Source: Trypanosoma brucei (Eukaryota). From it: a stretch of 64,000 nucleotides of DNA. Location of the stretch: contig CP000070.1 of the NCBI GenBank assembly GCA_000002445.1, forward strand, positions 1,632,001 through 1,696,000, in the 5' to 3' direction. The notes below the pieces were generated by a model that searched no databases, was not told the origin of the DNA, and was given only the letters and a program-made list of their open reading frames with translations. A program made the position numbers and the translations under genes. Below are positions 11,781 to 21,760 of the stretch, piece after piece (positions within the stretch are counted from its first letter, which is position 1; every line of letters starts with the position of its first letter).

Positions 11781-14447
11781 AAGGCTACCTGTTCCACAGT
11801 GTTCGAGCAACAGCAATGCACACGAAAGCAAAAGGAAGGGAGGATAGCATGGCACCAGTATGGAGTATGCCAAATGAAGAGATACACGCCAACTTAGAGA
11901 ATAGTAGGATATATGGCATGGTATAGTCGGAGTCAAGGGGAAAGCACAGCACGACACAGACTCGACGCCACACGTCACTCAGCTTGCTAGCACCCTTACA
12001 CGAAAAGGTCGCCTTACCTGCACCATCCGGTATAATGACTGGCACACCAAATGATGCTTTCAGTTTTACCGCGCCGTCTAAATCGCGTGGTGTGTGGCAG
12101 CATACCTCCAGACCTTCACCCTTCCTAATACGCTCACCTGCACTCCACCCATAGGAGAGGCGTGTACGGATAACCTCCAAGTCAGCTACAATGGATGTAT
12201 CTTGCCAGAGAAATCGCACCTATCCATATTGCCACGGTATTCACTCAGCCTATCCAACCACTCTCTCTTAGGGCAATTTGCACAATAATACTTCTCGAGG
12301 CCCCGCGTAATATCGCGCGCTTGGTCGCCAGCCTAAGGTCGCGCTCTATTACAAGCCTGTGCCAAGTTATCAAGGGATATCAATCGAACCTCCTTCGGCA
12401 CATCGCTCCTGTTAGTACCAGAGGGCACACACATACATTATGATATTGGCTCCTCGACTCAGTAGCTTCGCCATCGTATTTATGCCGGGTAGGCAGGTAG
12501 AGAACCACCGGTATTCTGTTCCGTAGCACATCTTTGCCTGCACCAGTCTGAGGAAGAACGCCCGAAGCCGCTCCTTTCTCGCGCCCCACTGCAACGAGGA
12601 TAACATGCGCGGCTTCAGCAGCCACAATCTGACAGCCGCCGCCTTACCTTCAACACGTTTCGGAGATGACCCCCACAGGTTACAAACTGAGGCCTGGTAG
12701 TTTCGGTCTCCTCATCTTCCTTACCTTCGTTTCAGACACTGTGAAACTCAGTGAGCCTCGCACCAACACATCGTACAATGTGTATCCTCTCTGTTCGTCT
12801 GCCGACCCGCGCGAAGCAGCCCTTCGACTGTCGACTAACGAGACCCCACCCATCATAAAGAATCCAACGAAACTGAGAGATATCCGCCTTCCAGCAAAGT
12901 ATCGGCATATCCTCCGCAAAGCGGTAGTACTGGATGCCTGACATTCTATTCAAAGACTTGCTTGGTCGACCCGTTGTCATTATGAACAGAATAGGAACTA
13001 ACACAGGACTATGTACTACACCACATGTTAGTCCAGCACTCCTAGGCCACTTGTTGGTTACCCCAACACCGCCTGTTCGGTTGGACACAAACCTACTGAT
13101 CTACCTTGTGACGTGCAACCTAACGGAATACCCTTCGACTGCGGGGGCGATGCGGCTACCGCACACAAAGCCAATTACATGAGCATGATCTATGGACAAT
13201 ATTGCAATGCACAACAATATTTTTACTGCACTTTCGGCTCCAACCAGTTGTCTCCCGAAGTTCATCGCTGAAAGCTCTGGGTTGAACACAACATACCTCA
13301 CCTATAACTTCTTATTCAATTAATCAAGAAGCCGTCCACTAATAACCCTCTTCATCTACCCCGCACATCGCGCTCATCAATGATACCGGAATAACATCAC
13401 GTCGACACGTGATTTGCTTGGCCCAAGAAAGGGTATGATAATGTTATGCTTCTTCGCTGCAGGCATTACTCAAAAAAGCTTCAGTAAACATCACGACCCA
13501 TCACACTTTCACCGCTTTCGCTGCCCTCAGTATACTGCTCTCATCCACCACATATTCACCTAGAGGCCCTCACACGGTGACCGTTGGCCCCGCTATCTAA
13601 ACCGATTTGTGTGCCATATCCCTCATTCCTAGTGCCTTCACCATTGGTGTCTACATTACTGGTGTTGTCAATCCCGTTAGATTCGTCTCCGCCTGTACCC
13701 ACAGCCGTTGTCCCCCGATCGGTACTCAGCAACGGACTGCAAGCACTGAGGTTAGCAGAAACATCAAATACAATCTACCCACAATTACTATCCAACATAT
13801 GACTGGCTTCACATCAGTGAAAACAGTGACAAACTATGATATCACATTGGGCGACTAACAGAATCAGAGGGTGAAAACGAAATGAAGAAATCAATCGAAA
13901 CATGGAAGTTAACACCTAAGCAGAGGAACTTAGAGCCTACAATAAACAGAGAATCCCACAACACACACCCCAACAAACAGGCAAAACAGTAATGGGGCAC
14001 ACGGAAAAGAAACGAAGCAACCTGCACGATATTAGGTGACAACAATCCAATAAGCCAACAGTGCTTCGGATCGTATACTGCCCACCCACACATACAAACA
14101 CTCCTGGACTAACGAGAGGGAAAGGTAAGTGACCGGGAGCTGTTTGCCGGACATGCAAAGATAGTTTAAAAGACGCAGGTAAGTGGCATCGGCTTACAAC
14201 AAGAGGGTAGCAGTATATCAATGATGAAAGAAAATATTAAGCAAAGTTCACGCGGACGCTCGTGTTAACTATCAATGCGTGAAACGCAACACGAAAATGA
14301 AAGCAAGCTACGCTGAGGTAACAATAATCTACATGGACATCAAAGAAAAAACATAAGTGTAAGATGGCACGCACCCGCACATGCATTGTAAGAAGTAACA
14401 TCTTCCAAGTACATTGCCGCGAGCTGCCTCAGCAACATCAGGAGAGG

Positions 14448-17400
14448 CTAGAGGTCACCCTTCAGCACCGTAGCCTCTACTGTGCTCCGCCGTGACAGGG
14501 CCTCAGACGCATCGGAGCTTGCTACAATACCAACCGACGTCAAATCACCGTTATCGCCAGGATGGCTGGATCTTGATAGCAAAGGCGAACGCAAAACTTC
14601 AATACCAAGCAACGAAGGTTGGACCCCACCCATTAAAATAGTCGAAGAATTAAGGGAGTTATGTCCCACACGAAAGTCCGCCACGCGCCCAACCCTTACC
14701 GCTATACGGTAAACCACTTCCCGGCAGTAGGCCTCAGACCATCCGCTGTTCTTGCGCAACAATGACACACGCCACCGTTCGCACAGAGGTAACAGCAGAT
14801 TCTGCCGCTGGGCTGGTGCGAACACACCGAGCAGCGAATTCAGAGATATGGCAACCTGCCTGGCAGAATCAGTTAACCCAGCACAAAGCGAACTCACCTC
14901 ACTCAACGAGGGGCTCGAACCCTCATCGTCCAATCCAGGGCCATCGCGGTCCAGCCTCAGTGCAGCAAAAGTGCGACCGGGAATTGGGTTCAGCTGGTAC
15001 ATCTCCACAGGATTGGGAACACCGCGTAACGTTACAGGGCCCAGTGCAGTTACATCAAACTGCTCACGCTCTACCACACTCAGCGACATGTAGGTCGCAC
15101 GTGTCATCAGCACTTGCCCGCCGTTCGCAACACTCTCTGTCCTTGCTGCCATATTCGCTGTCCGTCCATAGTAGTCATATCCCTTCGTCACCTCATCGTA
15201 CCGGATGTCGCACAGTCCAGTGTGGATCCCAACACGCACACGCAGGCCACGCCATAGTCGGCCGTACACCTCACGGTCCAGATGTGCCGTCGGCGGAGTG
15301 TACCCTTCCTCTTCCTCGGCGCGCTGCAGTTCAAACTCACGGTATGACTCATCCAACGCAGCTGTCCCCCAATTGTGGTGCAAAAAGTTATGCTGCAAGT
15401 CACAAGCTAGACGCACAGCCGCAGAGGGGCTCCGGCACGCAATCATGAAGGAGTCCCCGACAGTCTTCACCTCGTAGCACCTGTAGTGCATAATCAACGC
15501 ACGAATTAGCCGATGATGTGTCGCTACAGCGTCCGGCATCATCTCTGGGTGCGCCGCCCACTGTGCAGTACTGCTTTCGATATCTGTGAAGATGAGCGTC
15601 ACGGGATCCGTTGGTTCCTTCGGTGCATTTGCGTTATCACGCGCATCCGCAAAATACCGACACAATACGACAACGATCACCACTACTAGAAGCAAAAAAA
15701 ACAAAACGGCGCCCACACAAACACCAATCAACCGTGCCCCCGTCAGTCTCCCAGCGTCACGGTCCTCATACTGCAGCAGTTGAGAGATTGGTTCGGCAAT
15801 CGGTGGGACCGACGGATCCAGTGCACGTGCCATTGACCACACAGCAATACCTGTCGCACCGTAGTTTGTCACGCAGTCATTCCACAGACCCACCTCCACC
15901 TTGCCGCATCCCTCTGTGCCATACGGGCCGTAGCGCATGTCATCAGCTCGCAAATAAGTCTCCGAAAAAAAGAGATTCGACAGAGTATCTGCGTCCACCT
16001 TCTTTAATTGCGGGAGAACCGTCCGCAGCAAGTTTCCGGCAGCAAACCCCATTAACGACAGTGGTGTCCACTTCGACTTATCCTTCATAGCATTGTGAAA
16101 CTTTTTCACAGTATCCGACGACGGGTTCGCATCAGCCCAGTGTGGAAGGTTTGTCGCGAACAGCAAACGGTTACTACTCGAGCTTCCAGGACCCTTATCC
16201 CTAAACACACGGACAAACGTCTGGTAGTATAATGCCACCTCAGTAAAAGGGACGTAAACGAATAGCTTGGGGTTGGCGCTGAGGTGCTTCGCAATCACCT
16301 CGACGTCGTCCTGTTTGAGGCCTATGACAAACACGTCACCCTCGCGGGGAAGATAGCCTGTGACAGAGACGCTGGTTGTCAGTCTCACAGAACTATTGAG
16401 ACCTCCTTCAAACCGCTGCAACACCAAATGTAAAAATCGATTAATATAATATGACTCGGAGCTGCTGATGACAGAGTGCACCCCTATTGAGCCCTTCTCT
16501 CCCAAATACTTGGCGATCACAAACAGTTGCTGCTCCAGTGTGGCAGAGAGGTATATCACACGTTTGTTAGGTGTTCGGAGGCGAGGAACAAGAAGCACCG
16601 GATCAACAACAACGAAGGTCGATGTGCTCAGTAACGCTTCATCCGTAACGCCCATGACAGCGGTCACAAGCTTTTCCTCCTCCTCACGTTTTAAACGCTT
16701 CCAAATGGTGCCTGAGCTTGTGTTGATCCTGTGCAAGAAGAATCTATCGTAATCTCCGAGATCCCCAGTGCCCACAAGGAGACTCGCACCTCCATGCCAC
16801 TCCTCGGCCGCGTTCAGTGACAATTGACTGTTATCCATAAACGTGGCAACAGCTGCCAGCGGGGCATGAAGCCGGGACCCGTCCGTATCGCATCGAGATG
16901 TTCCCAACGCCATGAAACCACTCTTTACACTCTCCAGCCGAAAGCCCTCCACGAGCCTTTTCATGTATACTGCCTTACCACCCTGGTTACATTGACACGA
17001 AGCACCTAGTGCAGCGACATTATCGGGGCAATCACCACCATAATCTCCATACACAAGATCATCAATTACGTAACGCCGTTGATTGTACAGAGACTTTTTG
17101 AACGTTGAACGGTTCTTCAGCCACTCACGGGAGCTCAGCGCCCGCGACAGCATTTCACCGATAATCCACCCATACACCATCAGCTCACCATCATCATCAT
17201 CCGTCAGATGACGATCAGACCTACCATAAAGTGATGCTCCGGAATGAGAAGCAAGGTACGCTTTCATCTCCTTCTGAAAGCGTTGGATCGCTTGATACTC
17301 ATTATCCTTGGCGAGTGGGTTCGTTCCCGTGGTGATCACTTCCCCATGAGAATATCCACCACCCCGACCATATGTAGCATTTAAGGTTTCGACAACAAAA

Positions 17401-18251
17401 TACTGTAGCGCAAAGGGAGAAAGTATACACGCACCAGATGTACGCTTGTCCTCTAGAAATTTCAGTAGAGCCTTTTTACCGTCATCTACGGGATACACGT
17501 ACAGTATAACAGCCTGCGGATTCGTTGCCGCAAACTGATCCCACTCCCTTTGAAAACCTTCGCTGCTTGCAGATGCTTCCGTCGAGCTTTTCAGAGCGAA
17601 TGTGCCACAAAGCCCATAGCCCATCCTAGCCATCGCCTGAACCACAAGTTGGTACTCAGTGTCACCGAAAAATACGCCTTTTAAATACATAAATCCCAGA
17701 CGCCGTACACGCAGATGGGCAAGGGCATAACGCAGGAGGGCTAATGTCTCAGCGAGTGGATCCACCGAGATAAAGTACAAGTTGGGCCGCCACCCTCTAA
17801 CCGCACCAGAGCCTGTGTACGGAGCGAAACCGATAACCTCATTTTTCGTCAGTAAATCGAGTGATTCCAAAACAGTTTTGTCACCAAGGGGTCCCAACAC
17901 AACAAGAATCTTCTTCAGGTCACTGAATCCTTTTAATTTTTGTTCTAATGCTTCATTGACATTTTGCTCGGAAGTGGCAGGCGCAGAGAAACTAACAGTC
18001 ACTCCGGTTCCCGTTATATTCCCACGGGCGTGAAATGAAGCAAGCACACCAGTATTAAGAGCCTTTACGGTGCCGTTGGATACAACACTTTTATGTAGAA
18101 GCGAAAACACCTCCACAGTTACACTCCCCCTCCAATTCCACGACAATACCATGGGTGCTTGCATAACCTGCAGTATCACCGCAAGCAGAAACAGTTGCAC
18201 CACAGTGCCACACGGGTAGCCACGAGGTCCCCAAACTGCTCTGTGAGGCAT
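14448..18251 (-). CDS. GRESAG4: Receptor-type adenylate cyclase, GRESAG4-like, 1267 aa, copy 3
   Basis: Same architecture. It has a distinct C-terminal tail allele of about 100 aa (EVVYRIAVRVGRVADFRVGHNSLNSS...), coded at 14448-14760. Confidence 0.9.
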   Translation of the reverse strand: MPHRAVWGPRGYPCGTVVQLFLLAVILQVMQAPMVLSWNWRGSVTVEVFSLLHKSVVSNGTVKALNTGVLASFHARGNITGTGVTVSFSAPATSEQNVNEALEQKLKGFSDLKKILVVLGPLGDKTVLESLDLLTKNEVIGFAPYTGSGAVRGWRPNLYFISVDPLAETLALLRYALAHLRVRRLGFMYLKGVFFGDTEYQLVVQAMARMGYGLCGTFALKSSTEASASSEGFQREWDQFAATNPQAVILYVYPVDDGKKALLKFLEDKRTSGACILSPFALQYFVVETLNATYGRGGGYSHGEVITTGTNPLAKDNEYQAIQRFQKEMKAYLASHSGASLYGRSDRHLTDDDDGELMVYGWIIGEMLSRALSSREWLKNRSTFKKSLYNQRRYVIDDLVYGDYGGDCPDNVAALGASCQCNQGGKAVYMKRLVEGFRLESVKSGFMALGTSRCDTDGSRLHAPLAAVATFMDNSQLSLNAAEEWHGGASLLVGTGDLGDYDRFFLHRINTSSGTIWKRLKREEEEKLVTAVMGVTDEALLSTSTFVVVDPVLLVPRLRTPNKRVIYLSATLEQQLFVIAKYLGEKGSIGVHSVISSSESYYINRFLHLVLQRFEGGLNSSVRLTTSVSVTGYLPREGDVFVIGLKQDDVEVIAKHLSANPKLFVYVPFTEVALYYQTFVRVFRDKGPGSSSSNRLLFATNLPHWADANPSSDTVKKFHNAMKDKSKWTPLSLMGFAAGNLLRTVLPQLKKVDADTLSNLFFSETYLRADDMRYGPYGTEGCGKVEVGLWNDCVTNYGATGIAVWSMARALDPSVPPIAEPISQLLQYEDRDAGRLTGARLIGVCVGAVLFFLLLVVVIVVVLCRYFADARDNANAPKEPTDPVTLIFTDIESSTAQWAAHPEMMPDAVATHHRLIRALIMHYRCYEVKTVGDSFMIACRSPSAAVRLACDLQHNFLHHNWGTAALDESYREFELQRAEEEEGYTPPTAHLDREVYGRLWRGLRVRVGIHTGLCDIRYDEVTKGYDYYGRTANMAARTESVANGGQVLMTRATYMSLSVVEREQFDVTALGPVTLRGVPNPVEMYQLNPIPGRTFAALRLDRDGPGLDDEGSSPSLSEVSSLCAGLTDSARQVAISLNSLLGVFAPAQRQNLLLPLCERWRVSLLRKNSGWSEAYCREVVYRIAVRVGRVADFRVGHNSLNSSTILMGGVQPSLLGIEVLRSPLLSRSSHPGDNGDLTSVGIVASSDASEALSRRSTVEATVLKGDL

Positions 18252-18258
18252 ACTACGC

Positions 18259-18329
18259 GAGCTTAAGCCGCAGACGCAGATACCTTAGTTAACAAGGGAG
18301 TAAAATGAAGTTGGGAGGAAAAACAATTA
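18259..18329 (-). promoter_or_regulatory. Polypyrimidine tract and AG acceptor upstream of copy 3
   Basis: Same as above. It has minor substitutions (aaaatgaagttgg). Confidence 0.4.
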
Positions 18330-20996
18330 AAGGCTACTTGTTCCACAGTGTTCGAGCAACAGCAATGCACACGAAAGCAAAAGGAAGGGAGGATAGCATG
18401 GCACCAGTATGGAGTATGCCAAATGAAGAGATTCACGCCAACTTAGAGAATAGTAGGATATATGGCATGGTATAGTCGGAGTCAAGGGGAAAGCACAGCA
18501 CGACACAGACTCGACGCCACACGTCACTCAGCTTGCTAGCACCCTTACACGAAAAGGTCGCCTTACCTGCACCATCCGGTATAATAACTGGCACACCAAA
18601 TGATGCTTTCAGTTTTACCGCGCCGTCTAAATCGCGTGGTGTGTGGCGGCATACCTCCAGACCTTCACCCTTCCTAATACGCTCACCTGCACTCCACCCA
18701 TAGGAGAGGCGTGTACGGATAACCTCCAAGTCAGCTACAATGAATGTGTCTTGCCAGAGAAATCGCACCTATCCATATTGCCACGGCATTCACTCAGCCT
18801 ATCCAACCACTCTCTCTTAGGGCAATTTGCACAATAATACTTCTCGAGGCCCCGTGTAATATCGCGCGCTTGGTCGCCAGCCTAAGGTCGCGCTCTATTA
18901 CAAGCCTGTGCCAAGTTATCAAGGGATATCAATCGAACCTCCTTCGGCACATCGCTCCTGTTAGTACCAGAGGGCACACACATACATTATGATATTGGCT
19001 CCTCGACTCAGTAGCTTCGCCATCGTATTTATGCCGGGTAGGCAGGTAGAGAACCACCGGTATTCTGTTCCGTAGCACATCTTTGCCTGCACCAGTCTGA
19101 GGAAGAACGCCCGAAGCCACTCCTTTCTCGCGCCCCACTGCAACGAGGATAACATGCGCGGCTTCAGCAGCCACAATCTGACAGCCGCCGCCTTACCTTC
19201 AACACGTTTCGGAGATGACCCCCACAGGTTACAAGCTGAGGCCTGGTAGTTTCGGTCTCCTCATCTTCCTTACCTTCGTTTCAGACACTGTGAAACTCAG
19301 TGAGCCTCGCACCAACACATCGTACAATGTGTATCCTCTCTGTTCGTCTGCCGACCCACGCGAAGCAGCCCTTCGACTGTCGACTAACGAGACCCCACCC
19401 ATCATAAAGAATCCAACGAAACTGAGAGATATCCGCCTTCCAGCAAAGTATCGGCATATCCTCCGCAAAGCGGTAGTACTGGATGCCTGACATTCTATTC
19501 AAAGACTTGCTTGGTCGACCCGTTGTCATTATGAACAGAATAGGAACTAACACAGGACTATGTACTACACCACATGTTAGTCCAGCACTCCTAGGCCACT
19601 TGTTGGTTACCCCAACACCGCCTGTTCGGTTGGACACAAACCTACTGATCTATCTTGTGACGTGCAACCTAACGGAATACCCTTCGACTGCGGGGGCGAT
19701 GCGGCTACCGCACACAAAGCCAATTACATGAGCATGATCTATGGACAATATTGCAATGCACAACAATATTTTTACTGCACTTTCGGCTCCAACCAGTTGT
19801 CTCCCGAAGTTCATCGCTGAAAGCTCTGGGTTGAACACAACATACCTCACCTATAACTTCTTATTCAATTAATCAAGAAGCCGTCCACTAATAACCCTCT
19901 TCATCTACCCCGCACATCGCGCTCATCAATGATACCGGAATAACATCACGTCGACACGTGATTTGCTTGGCCCAAGAAAGGGTATGATAATGTTATGCTT
20001 CTTCGCTGCAGGCATTACTCAAAAAAGCTTCAGTAAACATCACGACCCATCACACTTTCACCGCTTTCGCTGCCCTCAGTATACTGCTCTCATCCACCAC
20101 ATATTCACCTAGAGGCCCTCACACGGTGACCGTTGGCCCCGCTATCTAAACCGATTTGTGTGCCATATCCCTCATTCCTAGTGCCTTCACCATTGGTGTC
20201 TACATTACTGGTGTTGTCAATCCCGTTAGATTCGTCTCCGCCTGTACCCACAGCCGTTGTCCCCCGATCGGTACTCAGCAACGGACTGCAAGCACTGAGG
20301 TTAGCAGAAACATCAAATACAATCTACCCACAATTACTATCCAACATATGACTGGCTTCACATCAGTGAAAACAGTGACAAACTATGATATCACATTGGG
20401 CGACTAACAGAATCAGAGGGTGAAAACGAAATGAAGAAATGAATCGAAACATGGAAGTTAACACCTAAGCAGAGGAACTTAGAGCCTACAATAAACAGAG
20501 AATCCCACAACACACACCCCAACAAACAGGCAAAACAGTAATGGGGCACACGGAAAAGAAACGAAGCAACCTGCACGATATTAGGTGACAACAATCCAAT
20601 AAGCCAACAGTGCTTCGGATCGTATACTGCCCACCCACACATACAAACACTCCTGGACTAACGAGAGGGAAAGGTAAGTGACCGGGAGCTGTTTGCCGGG
20701 CATGCAAAGATAGTTTAAAAGACGCAGGTAAGTGGCATCGGCTTACAACAAGAGGGTAGCAGTATATCAATGATGAAAGAAAATATTAAGCAAAGTTCAC
20801 GCGGACGCTCGTGTTAACTATCAATGCGTGAAACGCAACACGAAAATGAAAGCAAGCTACGCTGAGGTAACAATAATCTACATGGACATCAAAGAAAAAA
20901 CATAAGTGTAAGATGGCACGCACCCGCACATGCATTGTAAGAAGTAACATCTTCCAAGTACATTGCCGCGAGCTGCCTCAGCAACATCAGGAGAGG

Positions 20997-21760
20997 CTAG
21001 AGGTCACCCTTCAGCGACGTAACCTCTACTGTGCTCCGCCGTGACAGGGCCTCAGACGCATCGGAGCTTGCTACAATTTTTTTTTTTAGAATTTTCTTCG
21101 TGCCTTCGTGAGAGTTTCCCCCCACTGGCGCGGCCATCAGCCATCACCGTAGAGCCCTGAGATGCTATCGGTCTGGCGACTGTGGCAGAGTCTCCCTTTT
21201 TCATTCATCCTAACACACCCTCTATAATTTTTGTTGTATTTCCGCATATGAACGGAATACAGCAGATGGGGCGAGAAGCCTCCCACCCTGGACTCTCCCA
21301 AAGATGCCAATTGGCAATCCTTTTTTGGAGGTCCACATCACCGGACAGCAGCATCTTAGCGCGGATGATACTGCTGATGGCACGCTGGCACGTGCCCAGG
21401 GACCGACAAATGAAAAACGGTGTCCCAGCAAGACGCTGCTGATCCCTGTGCTGTATGATGCCGTAGCCGGAGCACAGCAGTGTTCCCCATGAAAGGAACG
21501 CTGCTGGCTCTTGGCTTCCCCCGATGATACGGGGTACTGGACCCTGGCACCACGTTGAGGTGGCCGGCATCGCCAGGGTAATTGGATCTTGATAGCAAAG
21601 GCGAACGCAAATTTGCAATTCCAGCCAACGAAGGTTGGAGCACACACACACTGTCAGAAGTAGTTGACAAGTCCATGGAGGTACGTTTCCCCTTATGGTC
21701 TGTTATGTGGCCAACTTTCGCCGCTATACGGTGAACCGTGTCCCGGCAGTAGGCCTCAGA
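20997..21760 (-). pseudogene. Displaced 3' coding remnant of adenylate cyclase copy 4. It lies downstream of the premature stop and is interrupted by the retroposon.
   Basis: 20997-21077 and 21571-21760 are homologous to the last roughly 100 codons of copies 1 and 2. They are split by a foreign 493 bp insert, and 26 bp of gene sequence is missing at the junction. Confidence 0.7.
21078..21570 (-). mobile_element. RIME/ingi-family non-LTR retroposon (SINE-like), about 0.49 kb, inserted in minus orientation
   Basis: The insert is absent from the three other units. On the plus strand it begins with a T11 tract, which is the 3' poly(A) on the minus strand. Its minus-strand 5' end reads ATGCCGGCCACCTCAACGTGGTGCCAGGGTCCAGTACCCCG, which contains a CCCTGGC/GCCAGGG element reminiscent of the conserved 5' signature of ingi/L1Tc-type elements. 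The size matches RIME. The identification rests on recall and was not checked by alignment. Confidence 0.55.

Larger units (their letters stand above)
6557..13115 (-). repeat. Tandem array unit 2
   Basis: The unit start motif caacctaacggaataccc recurs at 6557, 13116 and 19665. Gene and intergenic content match unit 1. Confidence 0.9.
13116..19664 (-). repeat. Tandem array unit 3
   Basis: Periodicity as above. Its intergenic variant near 14150-14215 is shared with unit 4 but not with units 1 and 2. Confidence 0.9.

Noticed and set aside
21182..21676. Several 60-150 aa ORFs inside or straddling the retroposon insert
   Set aside because: RIME-type elements are non-coding, and these ORFs overlap one another in several frames and run into flanking cyclase remnant sequence. 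They are treated as chance ORFs.
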